Assembly: GCA_020852295.1 (NCBI GenBank)
Contig: JADZBC010000009.1
Coordinates: 216,058-280,057 of the forward strand
Origin: a bacterium
GTDB lineage: Bacteria > Patescibacteriota > Saccharimonadia > CAILAD01 > JADZBC01
DNA length: 64,000 bases
Direction: 5' to 3'
Below are positions 37,238 to 46,127 of this stretch, piece by piece. Under the pieces are notes generated by a model. It was not told where the DNA came from, made no database searches, and was given only the letters and a program-made list of their open reading frames with translations. The translations under genes were made by a program, and so were the position numbers. The stretch's first letter is position 1; each line of letters begins with the position of its first letter.

Positions 37238-38508
37238 TACACCAACACCGTGCCGGTCAGGATGGCATCCTTCGCGCCGTGCACGGCCTTGTTCGGCCGA
37301 GCCGTGATGGCGATGTCCTCCACGCCGGTTCGGCTGAAGTAGGCGGTGAGGCGCAGCTGCCATTCACCCGGCGGATCGAGCTGACCGCGCTCGTCGAATC
37401 GCTGCCAGGCGAACCGGCGGTTGGTCACCTCGCGCTGGAGGATGTTGGCGCCCCGCTGCCGACTGGCCGCCAGCAGCGCCTCGCCGAACTCCGGCTCGTC
37501 GCCGAAGTAGATGCCGCGCATTCCCGAAGCCACTGACTGCTTGAGCACCAGACCGTGGTGGTTCGACAGCTGGGGCGTTGTCCAGTCGCGGCCGATGATG
37601 TGGGTCATCGGCAAGTGCGACCGCACGACACGCAGAGCCGATTCACTGATCTGACTGCGCACCAGCGCTTCGATGGCCGGGTCGCCCACCGCGTTGCTCA
37701 CCACCCCGAGCAGCGACTTGCTCGCCAAGAAGTGCTTGGGGGAGATGAGGCACTGCAGCGTGCCACTCTTCAAGCCGGCGCGGAGCCAGTCGATGAGCGG
37801 CTTGTTGTAGTTCATCGGCGGCATGTCGATGAGGGTCGGCGGCAGCACCTCGCCCGTGCGGGCGTGACGCATGACGCCGGAGTGCACATCGACCTGCAGC
37901 TCGTTGATCACAGCCATCTCGATGCCCAGGAGCTTGAGCTCGCGAGCGATGATCGCAAACTCCGGCTCGTAGAAGCGCTGCGTGTCACCGAACAGGAACG
38001 TCACCGCGTCAATGCGGCGGCGCCGGCACTCAGCGGCGATGTAAGCAGCGACACCCGGGAGCTGTGCGGCCTCGGGCCGGAGCACCTGGCAGATGCGTCG
38101 ACCGATGATGGAGTAGCCCCAGCTGCGGGGGTTCGTCGCATCGATCTCGGCCAACCAGATGTGGCCCTGCTCGTCGATGAGCAGGTCGCACTTGCGCAGG
38201 ATGGGGAGGTTGCGCGGCCGGTTGTTGGGCAGCTTGTAGGGCGTGCCCTGCTTGAGGGTGTTGCCGATGCGTCCGTACGGCAGCATCTTGCCACACAGAT
38301 CCGGCTGCTCGCTGATGGCGACGATCCGGCTGATACCACCCAGCACCTCGTCGATGGCGGGGGCCAGCTGGTTGAGCTGGTTGAGCTGGTCGCTACCCAG
38401 TTCGTATACGTCCGGTGAGAGCTGGAAAGCGTGCGACCGCTCCTGCTCGCCGTTCCAAATGCCCGTCTCACGGACAGTTTCTTGCAACTCCGCAAACATG
38501 GTGTCCAT
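37237..38508 (-). CDS. glutathionylspermidine-synthase-like (YgiC/YjfC family) ATP-grasp amidoligase, high-GC
   Basis: Motif order matches the GspS-like family. The N-terminal block LIDEQGHIWLAEIDATNP matches YgiC LDLAWDG..LLENNADTP. The C-terminal lysine block GLVLKQSVASGMRGIYF matches YgiC YVVKPIFSREGANVSI. Start taken at the second ATG, which has an AAAGGA RBS. The longest ORF starts at 38541. Confidence 0.6.
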   Translation of the reverse strand: MDTMFAELQETVRETGIWNGEQERSHAFQLSPDVYELGSDQLNQLNQLAPAIDEVLGGISRIVAISEQPDLCGKMLPYGRIGNTLKQGTPYKLPNNRPRNLPILRKCDLLIDEQGHIWLAEIDATNPRSWGYSIIGRRICQVLRPEAAQLPGVAAYIAAECRRRRIDAVTFLFGDTQRFYEPEFAIIARELKLLGIEMAVINELQVDVHSGVMRHARTGEVLPPTLIDMPPMNYNKPLIDWLRAGLKSGTLQCLISPKHFLASKSLLGVVSNAVGDPAIEALVRSQISESALRVVRSHLPMTHIIGRDWTTPQLSNHHGLVLKQSVASGMRGIYFGDEPEFGEALLAASRQRGANILQREVTNRRFAWQRFDERGQLDPPGEWQLRLTAYFSRTGVEDIAITARPNKAVHGAKDAILTGTVLV

Positions 38509-38575
38509 GGCGGGTCCTTTCGGGTTGGGGTGCGTGTGCACCGATGTGAAGGTGTAGTCCTGCTGAATCGCAGGC

Positions 38576-38607
38576 TACCGGCAGATACTGCAGTGAACTA
38601 CCGGCAA
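38576..38607. promoter_or_regulatory. direct repeat CTACCGGCA(G/A) x2 with 22-bp periodicity upstream of the ligase gene
   Basis: Two 10-mers two helical turns apart, in the 103-nt gap between the HAD stop and the ligase start. Confidence 0.35.
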
Positions 38608-38611
38608 ACTG

Positions 38612-39049
38612 TTATTCAGTGATGAGTTTTTGAAATTGCGAAAGAGTGGTGATGGTATGCTCGGGCGTAAAGCCAACTGGTTCTTCGTCGGCGAAGCGAC
38701 CCTGGCGATACCAGACGGTTGGCCAGCCAGCTTTATGGCCGAACGCGATCTCGCCAAGCGCGCGATCGCCAATGACAAACGATTTGCTTAAGTCGGTGTC
38801 ATACTTTTGAGCGAGTTGGCGAAATACTTTTTGCGACTTGGTATCCATCAAAATAATTTCGGCGAAGTACTCTGCAATACCGAGCTGCTCAATCAGTGCC
38901 TGGCGTGACGGTGCAGCCATGGCAAGCAGGATGAGTGTATAGCCTTGATCGCGTGCGGTATCAAGTAGCGATTGTGCGCCGTCGATGAGCTGATTTGTGT
39001 CTGGATCGTAAAGTGTTCGATTGAAGTCGAAGATGATGAGTTGGTTCAT
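38612..39049 (-). CDS. HAD-family hydrolase
   Basis: Motif I IIFDFNRTLYD and C-terminal motif VIGDRALGE. Native composition. AGGAA RBS. Confidence 0.65.
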   Translation of the reverse strand: MNQLIIFDFNRTLYDPDTNQLIDGAQSLLDTARDQGYTLILLAMAAPSRQALIEQLGIAEYFAEIILMDTKSQKVFRQLAQKYDTDLSKSFVIGDRALGEIAFGHKAGWPTVWYRQGRFADEEPVGFTPEHTITTLSQFQKLITE

Positions 39050-39282
39050 GATTGTTCCTTTCGTTAGACTAAAAAACCTCTTGGAGGCCAAGAGGTCGTC
39101 GGTTTTTTAGATTTTGCGTATAGCTAAAATGACCTCTCGGCTGAGTGGCTGTTCCAAAAGTGATAGTGAAACTGGTTGGCTGTTTGCTTCATGTTGCGAC
39201 AAATACTAACAATCATTTTCGGTTATGTCAACAGTCAATGTATTTGTGCTAGAAGCCGAGTAGTTGTTATGCTTTATATAGC

Positions 39283-40404
39283 ATGAATCCGGACGACCAA
39301 ACACAACCAGACGTTTTAGCGACTCCACCAGCGCAGCCGACAGATATGCAGGCGGGGGTTGAGCAGACTATTTCGCAGCGCCCAACGATTATCCCACCAC
39401 CACAATCAGGTCCACCAACACCACCGCCGGCGCCCAATACTTCATCGATTATCCCGCCACCTGTCACTCCGGCGTCAGCTCCGCAGCCTGTAGAGCATAT
39501 GGCTACGCCTGCACCAACTGTCGAGAGCCCAGCCCCAAGTTTGCCAACAAGAGCCGAGCCTATTGTGCCTCAGCCGCAGCCAGACCCAGCGGTGGGTTTG
39601 CCAGAAGGTGGCCCAGCCGCTCCGAGTCCGCTCGAGCAGATGGTTTCTCATCCTGTGGGGTCAGCTCCTCAGCCGCAACCTGCCACAATGCCAACCACGT
39701 CTGAGCCCGCATCCAATGCAGCTCCGGTAGCAGCATCTCTACCATCGGCAACGCCGTCATCCCAGCACGTCGCCTTACCGATGAAGCCATCAAAAATACC
39801 ATTGATACTCGGTGTGGTCTTCGCGGCTCTGCTCCTTATATCGGGTGCGGTATATGCCTTCTCGTTGCTCTTCGGCGGCTTTAGTAAGGTGTCAAAACCG
39901 GTAGCTTCGACCAGCACCTTGCCATCGAAGACCGCATCTTCGCTGGCCGACTATTCAGCACTCTGTAATCGCACGACGATATCAAACTCAGCTGGTTTTG
40001 GTGCGAAACCGCACAAAGCGATATTCTTTCAGTCGTCAGCGGTGTCTGAAGACGACTATACACAAAGCGTCTTGAGCTTTGCCGATAAGACTTGGGAGGC
40101 GACCACGAAGGATCTTGCGTCAATTCAGCTGGTTGGCTGTCTGAAGCGGACCAATCCCGTCAAGGCCAAGCAGTGCAGCTTTACCAGTAGTGGCAAGCAA
40201 GTGAACATCAACTACTACTCGGTCACCTACCAGCTCAGTGTGTTTGAGGCCAAGACGGGGAAGTCGCGGGTGAGCGGCACGATAAGCGGCACTGCGGATA
40301 AGTGTCCAAGCTCCGTTTTGTACAATCCATCGGATCCAAAGGTGTTCGCCAATCCAGATAGTAAAGCGGTCGAAGATGCGATAAAGGAGCTCATGAATTC
40401 GTAA
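39283..40404 (+). CDS. hypothetical Pro-rich bitopic membrane protein
   Basis: A roughly 170-aa Pro/Ala/Gln-rich N-terminus, one TM helix (IPLILGVVFAALLLISGAVYAF), and a roughly 170-aa extracytoplasmic domain. Confidence 0.45.
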   Translation: MNPDDQTQPDVLATPPAQPTDMQAGVEQTISQRPTIIPPPQSGPPTPPPAPNTSSIIPPPVTPASAPQPVEHMATPAPTVESPAPSLPTRAEPIVPQPQPDPAVGLPEGGPAAPSPLEQMVSHPVGSAPQPQPATMPTTSEPASNAAPVAASLPSATPSSQHVALPMKPSKIPLILGVVFAALLLISGAVYAFSLLFGGFSKVSKPVASTSTLPSKTASSLADYSALCNRTTISNSAGFGAKPHKAIFFQSSAVSEDDYTQSVLSFADKTWEATTKDLASIQLVGCLKRTNPVKAKQCSFTSSGKQVNINYYSVTYQLSVFEAKTGKSRVSGTISGTADKCPSSVLYNPSDPKVFANPDSKAVEDAIKELMNS

Positions 40405-40418
40405 TGGGTAGTCGATTG

Positions 40419-41000
40419 CTAATCGCCGGATGGAGTCCGGAGACACTCACTGCGATCGGACTGTTCTTTATGGGATGGATAGCGCTTTTGGTAGTCTGTG
40501 CCCTTTGTATTGCAGGACTTCTGCTTTTTTTGGTCAATAGTTACAGTTAGGGTGCCTGGGGCAGCCTGGACAAAACTAACCATCCCAAAGGTAAAGACCA
40601 CAATAGATAAAATAGCACTAGCTGTGCCGAAACTTAACCAGTAGACTATATCCTTCCAGGTATGGCGGGCTCTGGGTATGATAACTACCTTAGCATGATG
40701 CAGGGCAGTATAGTGAACGTCTGGTAGCTCTTGGCGAAGTGGCATTAGGTGCTGTCGGTAGTCTATATAGGTATATAACGCTAGACCTAGTAGGCCGCTG
40801 ACAGGAATCAATAGATGGATATACCACTGATCATACAGTACTGATGGTTGATAAAAGAGCTGGTAGAGGAAGTTGTTGATGGGAGCGAGCCGGGTAGAAA
40901 CAGCAAACAGACCAAGCACTAAAATTAGCATCAAAGCAAACACAGCAAGTGCTCGTGCTTTATTGGATGTCATTTTGTCTCGTAAAGTCTTGATCTTCAT
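40419..41000 (-). CDS. hypothetical polytopic membrane protein
   Basis: Four predicted TM helices. Native composition. Confidence 0.4.
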   Translation of the reverse strand: MKIKTLRDKMTSNKARALAVFALMLILVLGLFAVSTRLAPINNFLYQLFYQPSVLYDQWYIHLLIPVSGLLGLALYTYIDYRQHLMPLRQELPDVHYTALHHAKVVIIPRARHTWKDIVYWLSFGTASAILSIVVFTFGMVSFVQAAPGTLTVTIDQKKQKSCNTKGTDYQKRYPSHKEQSDRSECLRTPSGD

Positions 41001-41150
41001 GTTTATAATATTTCTCTTCGAGCCACGAAAGCCTCAGCTCGCTTGAAAATCCTCCTCCCGGCCTTTTTATAGGATATCTGCCCCATGGGAGTACGATACC
41101 TCAGATTACCAGGGTAGATTATAAAATGCCTATTCAGCATTTATTATAGC

Positions 41151-41507
41151 TTAAGCTTGATTACCTAACCACTGCTTCAGCGCAACGGCTTGATTATTCT
41201 CTGTGTCACGGGCCGAGTACACGAGCGTCACCGCTTGCTTATCTGCCGATTGGCGAAGAAGATCCTTGGCTGCGTTGGATTTGTCCAACTCTACAAAATA
41301 CTTAGCCTTAAATTCCTCAAACCTAGCAGGGTCATGGTTGAACCATTTACGCAGCTCATTACTAGGGGCGATGTCCTTACACCATTCATCGATTTGCAGA
41401 TCTTCTTTCTTGATGCCGCGCGGCCACAATCTATCCACGAGTATCCTATACCCGTCATCGTCGGCAGGCTTTTCGTAGGCTCGCTTAATACGGATGTTCA
41501 TACTCAT
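41151..41507 (-). CDS. DUF488-family protein
   Basis: RAYEKPADDDGYRILVDRLWPRG...KDIAPSNELRKWFNHDP matches the DUF488 pattern. AGGAG RBS. The ORF-track start at 41708 is an upstream extension. Confidence 0.65.
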   Translation of the reverse strand: MSMNIRIKRAYEKPADDDGYRILVDRLWPRGIKKEDLQIDEWCKDIAPSNELRKWFNHDPARFEEFKAKYFVELDKSNAAKDLLRQSADKQAVTLVYSARDTENNQAVALKQWLGNQA

Positions 41508-41708
41508 TATTATACTCCTAGTTGGGTATAGGTAGTCTTGTGTCCGATCCTTAGATATTAGGAAAATGGCGTATTTTAGATGCCTAATCTTGCAAAAAAC
41601 TAAAAATACTTTTTCAAAAACACTAGCCTTACACAATATGTAGCGTATATAATACTTAAGCAAACACCACATACGGTGTAGTACCTCGACACGAGAAAGG
41701 CAAGTCAA

Positions 41709-44363
41709 ATGACTTCAACGAACCAGGTAAAGCTGGGAATAGGACGCCACTTCACGGAGGCGTCGGTTCACCCCTACGATATGGTGGAGTGGGAGCTGCG
41801 TGATAGTCGGCTCATGAACCACGCTACCGGTGAGGTAGCGTTTGAGCAGGCCGGCGTGGAAGTTCCGCTAGTCTGGTCGCAGAGCGCTACAAACATCGTG
41901 GCGCAGAAGTACCTGCGTGGCTCACTTGGCTCTGATGGGCGAGAGAGCAGCTTGCGCGATCTGATCGATCGAGTCGTCAACACCATCACCGCATGGGGGG
42001 ACGCCGATGGTTATTTTGCCGACGATGATGAGCGCGAAGCCTTTAGGGCTGAGCTGAGCTTCATTCTGTTGACACAGCGAGCAGCGTTTAACTCACCGGT
42101 GTGGTTCAATATCGGTGTGGCTGATTCGCCGCAGCAGGCTAGCGCTTGTTTCATTTTGTCGGTGGAGGATTCGATGGAGTCCATCAAGGATTGGTGGGCT
42201 CAGGAGGCGATCATCTTTCAGGGAGGATCTGGCGCCGGCGCGAATCTCTCGCATCTGCGCGGTTCGAGCGAGCCGATTGGCGGCAGCGTCAATACTAGCT
42301 CCGGGCCGTTGGCATTCATGCAAGCGGCAGATGCGGCAGCTAACGCTATCAAGTCCGGTGGCAAGACGCGCCGAGCAGCCAAAATGGTCATCCTCGACGT
42401 CGATCATCCAGACATCGTCGAGTTTGTCGCAGCCAAGAAAGCGGCCGAAGACATGGCGCGCGCTTTGAGCGTGTCGGGCTTTGACATGAGTTTTGATTCG
42501 ACGCACGCTAGCTGGATTCCGTATCAGAACGCCAACAACAGCGTTCGGGTGACCGATGAGTTCATGCAAGCGGTGGAGGAGAACGAGACTTGGCGGCTGA
42601 AGGCTCGGCTGGATGGTCACGTGGTGGCTGAGATGCCGGCTCGCGAGCTGATGTGCATGATCGCCGAGGCCGCTTGGGCTTGTGGTGATCCTGGATTGCA
42701 GTTTGACACCACTGCCAACAAGTGGCATACCTGCCCGAGCGCTGGGCGCATCAATGGGTCAAATCCTTGCAGCGAGTACATGCATCTGGACGATTCCAGC
42801 TGCAATCTCGCCAGCTTGAACCTGCTGAAGTTTCTCGATGAGGATGGTGGCTTCGAGCTCGATGATTTTCTGCAAACTGTCACGGTGATCTTTATGGCTC
42901 AGGATATCCTGACCGGTCATGCTGACTACCCGACGGAGAAGATCGCCGAGACCAGTCGTCGTTTTCGGCAGCTGGGCATCGGCTACACCAACTTGGGCGC
43001 GCTTCTGATGGCGACCGGTCTACCCTACGACTCGGAAGAGGGTCGTTATCTGGCGGCGACGATCACGGCGCTGATGACCGGTCAGAGCTATCTGGCTAGC
43101 GCGCAGATGGCAGAGCGATTGGGAGCCTTTGAGGGCTTTGAGGCTGATCGAGGTTCGGTCCTCAAGGTGTTGCGTAAGCACACCAAGGCTCTCAAGGGCG
43201 TTGGTAAGTGTCAGCTGCCTTTGGCTGACAGGCTTTATGCGCAGGCAATGGTCATCTGGGAGGATGTCAACTGTTTGGCTCAGAGGCACGGCATTCGTAA
43301 CGCTCAGGCTTCGGTGCTGGCTCCGACTGGTACCATTAGCTTTATGATGGACTGCGACACCACTGGCATCGAGCCGGATTACGATCTGGTCAAGACCAAG
43401 CTTTTGGTCGGTGGTGGCAGCATGAAGATAGTCAATCAGACCATCGAGCGGGCCTTGCGGAATCTGAAGTATTCAGAGGCTGACATCGTGGGTATCATCG
43501 ATTACATCGAGGAGAACTCGACGGCGGTCGGCGCGCCCAAGCTGGAAGGCCACCACTTGCCGGTATTCGCAACTGCCAATGGCGAAAACGCGATTTCGGC
43601 AGAGGGTCATTTGCTCATGATGGCGGCAGTGCAGCCGTTCCTCTCGGGCGCGATTTCCAAGACGGTGAACTTGCCTAACGATGCGACGGTGGAGGATATC
43701 GAAGCCGCGTACGTGGAGGCATGGCATCTGGGCCTGAAGGCTGTCGCGGTGTACCGCGATGGTTGCAAGGTCGCGCAGCCACTGTCGTCGACGGTGCAGC
43801 TCGCATCAATAGAAGCCGTCGGTAAGCGTGAGCTGCCCAAGCAGCGCGAGTCTCGGACATACGAGTTTAGCGTTGCTGGCACCAAGTGCTTCGTGCATGT
43901 CGGTCTTTTTGCCGACGGTAGCCCGGGTGAGATTTTCTTTCATGTCACCAAGCAGGGCTCGACGATGTCAGGCATCATGGACAACTTCGGTATAGCCCTC
44001 TCGCTGGGTTTGCAGCAGGGAGTACCGCTGGAGTCGTTCGTGAAGCGCTACGTCGGCACGAAGTTTGAGCCACATGGCATGACGGATGATCCGGAGTTGA
44101 GGATCGCCAACAGTATTCTCGACTACGTTTTCCGGCGCTTGGCTCTGGACTTTCTGTCGCCCGAGGCGCGGACAGCGCTGAACATCTTCTCGAGCGCTGA
44201 GAGGACTGAGGCGCTGGAGGCAGAGGTGTCGGGTGTGTCGACTGCTAAGGCGACGGTCGCCGATCCAAACGCGCCGATGTGCCAGTCCTGTGGCTTGCAG
44301 ATGCGTCGAGCTGGCAGTTGCTACGTTTGCGAGCAGTGCGGCACTACCAGTGGCTGTAGCTGA
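41709..44363 (+). CDS. nrdJ: class II (adenosylcobalamin-dependent) ribonucleotide reductase
   Basis: Monomeric class II core with the active-site NPCSE block. C-terminal Cys4 zinc ribbon CQSCG...CEQCG. About 57% GC, slightly above native. Confidence 0.9.
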   Translation: MTSTNQVKLGIGRHFTEASVHPYDMVEWELRDSRLMNHATGEVAFEQAGVEVPLVWSQSATNIVAQKYLRGSLGSDGRESSLRDLIDRVVNTITAWGDADGYFADDDEREAFRAELSFILLTQRAAFNSPVWFNIGVADSPQQASACFILSVEDSMESIKDWWAQEAIIFQGGSGAGANLSHLRGSSEPIGGSVNTSSGPLAFMQAADAAANAIKSGGKTRRAAKMVILDVDHPDIVEFVAAKKAAEDMARALSVSGFDMSFDSTHASWIPYQNANNSVRVTDEFMQAVEENETWRLKARLDGHVVAEMPARELMCMIAEAAWACGDPGLQFDTTANKWHTCPSAGRINGSNPCSEYMHLDDSSCNLASLNLLKFLDEDGGFELDDFLQTVTVIFMAQDILTGHADYPTEKIAETSRRFRQLGIGYTNLGALLMATGLPYDSEEGRYLAATITALMTGQSYLASAQMAERLGAFEGFEADRGSVLKVLRKHTKALKGVGKCQLPLADRLYAQAMVIWEDVNCLAQRHGIRNAQASVLAPTGTISFMMDCDTTGIEPDYDLVKTKLLVGGGSMKIVNQTIERALRNLKYSEADIVGIIDYIEENSTAVGAPKLEGHHLPVFATANGENAISAEGHLLMMAAVQPFLSGAISKTVNLPNDATVEDIEAAYVEAWHLGLKAVAVYRDGCKVAQPLSSTVQLASIEAVGKRELPKQRESRTYEFSVAGTKCFVHVGLFADGSPGEIFFHVTKQGSTMSGIMDNFGIALSLGLQQGVPLESFVKRYVGTKFEPHGMTDDPELRIANSILDYVFRRLALDFLSPEARTALNIFSSAERTEALEAEVSGVSTAKATVADPNAPMCQSCGLQMRRAGSCYVCEQCGTTSGCS

Positions 44364-44404
44364 CTCAAGCGCTTGATCGGCTGCGGATAGCTAGTCAAGC
44401 CAAC

Positions 44405-44457
44405 TCTCTCCCGAGTTTACCCCATTGAGGGGTAGGCTCGGGAGTTTTATTTTTTTA
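44405..44457 (+). terminator. nrdJ terminator: nested hairpin CTCTCCCGAG..(CCCC-attga-GGGG)..CTCGGGAG followed by TTTTATTTTTTT
   Basis: A 10-bp outer stem, an inner 4-bp stem, and a long U-tract. Confidence 0.65.
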
Positions 44458-44598
44458 CGCCTCAAGACAAAACACGCATTTGCTACCGCGCCTAAGTAAC
44501 CAAAAATCACTATCCTGCAATCATCGTATTTACGTATCTGGGCGAATCTGACATAATGCCTACGTTTTGTACCTCCTCACAAGGAAAGGATTGGTAAC

Positions 44599-45585
44599 GT
44601 GTCAGAACTTCGTACTCAAGCTGAGTTGGAAGCAGTATTGCACCGCTTCGATGCTGAAGAAGTCTTTCATATGCAGGCGCGTCTCTCTGATAGACACACT
44701 GAAAAAAGTATATTACGGACGATGCCATTTGATAGCCATAAGGATTTTCATCGACCCGAAAGGGTAGTTTTCGCACCATTTCAGCCAGCTTGGTCCAACA
44801 CGGCACTTCAGCCATTTGGCCCAGCGGTTCATTCCGGATTTGACCTGATCATGGAGGCTTGGCGACGAGTACCATCGCTTCTGGCGATTATCGCCGGAGA
44901 GATGCGCAACCACGGCCGCAATTTTACATTGGTGACAAATCACGGCGCCCTCTTCGACATCGGTCTGGTGCATGGCGCCTTGCGGATAGTCATCGAAGAT
45001 TGCCTGCCTGCCGATGTTTTCACCGAGCAAAGTACGGTGATCGTGAGTGGTGGAGTGCGAACTTTGGAGGCAGTATTGGTCGTTGACGGCGTGGAAGTCG
45101 TGATTCCAGCCATAGAAGTATTGCAGTTTTTCACTCGTGTACTGACCAGTTTTCCCACGACTATCACTGTCAAAAGTCTCAATTTCGATCCGGATTTAGT
45201 ATCGGCTTCTAATGAGCTGGTACGCTTGTCGCATCGCCAGATCTTGGAGCGGGGCGGACAACTCTTGGCGGTGGCGCCTAGTGCGTCCGAAGATCGCTTG
45301 CTGCTCAATGGTAAGCATATGCAACCATTGAAAAATGGCACCATGGATCTGATGATGGGTACGTGGGCGCTTCCGGTAGCTGTGACGCTGGACGGTGAAG
45401 AGCCGTCAGCTTGTACTATTTTGGAGCCACACTGGCTTGACACACATGAGTCGTGCCATGCGATGATGGAGGCGATTGCTCGTCAGTGTCATCGCCAGTC
45501 ACTAGTGGAGCACACCTATCACCGTAAGCCCAGGCTCTACGAAAAAGCCCTGGCAGCGTATAGTCGTCGCCACCATCGATCTTGA
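44599..45585 (+). CDS. hypothetical protein (328 aa), possible HxxxxD acyltransferase-like
   Basis: GTG start with an AAGGAAAGGA RBS. TNHGALFD resembles acyltransferase motif I. The family call is weak. Confidence 0.4.
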   Translation: MSELRTQAELEAVLHRFDAEEVFHMQARLSDRHTEKSILRTMPFDSHKDFHRPERVVFAPFQPAWSNTALQPFGPAVHSGFDLIMEAWRRVPSLLAIIAGEMRNHGRNFTLVTNHGALFDIGLVHGALRIVIEDCLPADVFTEQSTVIVSGGVRTLEAVLVVDGVEVVIPAIEVLQFFTRVLTSFPTTITVKSLNFDPDLVSASNELVRLSHRQILERGGQLLAVAPSASEDRLLLNGKHMQPLKNGTMDLMMGTWALPVAVTLDGEEPSACTILEPHWLDTHESCHAMMEAIARQCHRQSLVEHTYHRKPRLYEKALAAYSRRHHRS

Positions 45586-45590
45586 TCAAT

Positions 45591-45624
45591 AGCCGCAGCT
45601 CCTTCGCGGACTGCGGCTTTTTTA
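45591..45624 (+). terminator. hairpin AGCCGCAG-11 nt-CTGCGGCT followed by TTTTTT
   Basis: A perfect 8-bp stem and U-tract, 6 nt after the stop. Confidence 0.6.
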
Positions 45625-45646
45625 TTAACTCGACTTACGCAATGCA

Positions 45647-45679
45647 AAAGGTTCGACCACGATAAGGGGCCGAACCTTT
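45647..45679. terminator. bidirectional hairpin AAAGGTTCG-14 nt-CGAACCTTT
   Basis: Flanked by A-run and T-run on both sides. Serves the minus-strand DUF308-like gene. Confidence 0.5.
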
Positions 45680-45702
45680 ATTAGGATTTTTGTAAGATGG
45701 GT

Positions 45703-45951
45703 TTATTTTTTCTTGTTGGTTGCCGACTGCTCTTGCAGCTGCTTGACTTGTAGACCCAGCGCGATGGCGACCGGTCCGGCGATCAAGCCGTAGATGCCCA
45801 AGACCCACGCGAAAGCAATGCCGCCCGTTAGTGGGTGGCGCAGCACGAAGACTCCAGCCAGTGCGGTAATGATACCGACTACTACGAGCAGGGCGCGCAT
45901 GGAGCCGTGATAGTCGAAGGCAGCGATAAACTCAAACAAACCGCGGACCAC
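45703..45951 (-). CDS. DUF308/HdeD-like membrane protein, apparently N-terminally truncated
   Basis: GTG start at 45951 gives 82 aa with two TM helices. Family-like sequence (SAWWLTLLLGVVQVAAGAYIAQRPGITLAVLILVIGFVL) continues upstream in frame to 46119. This upstream extension contains no ATG/GTG/TTG. Confidence 0.4.
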   Translation of the reverse strand: MVRGLFEFIAAFDYHGSMRALLVVVGIITALAGVFVLRHPLTGGIAFAWVLGIYGLIAGPVAIALGLQVKQLQEQSATNKKK

Positions 45952-46127
45952 CAGTACAAAACCGATTACCAGTATCAGTACGGCTAGGGTGATACCTGGT
46001 CGTTGGGCGATATAAGCGCCAGCCGCGACTTGGACAACTCCCAGAAGCAGTGTTAGCCACCAGGCGCTATTGGTGCGCGATGTTGGATCGAGATCATCAA
46101 CAGGTTGATACCACGGCGGTTATTTAC

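Noticed and set aside
37555-38495. Plus-strand 287-aa ORF and minus-strand 164-aa alternative frames within the ligase gene
   Set aside because: These are GC-shadow frames. The ligase frame carries the ATP-grasp motifs.
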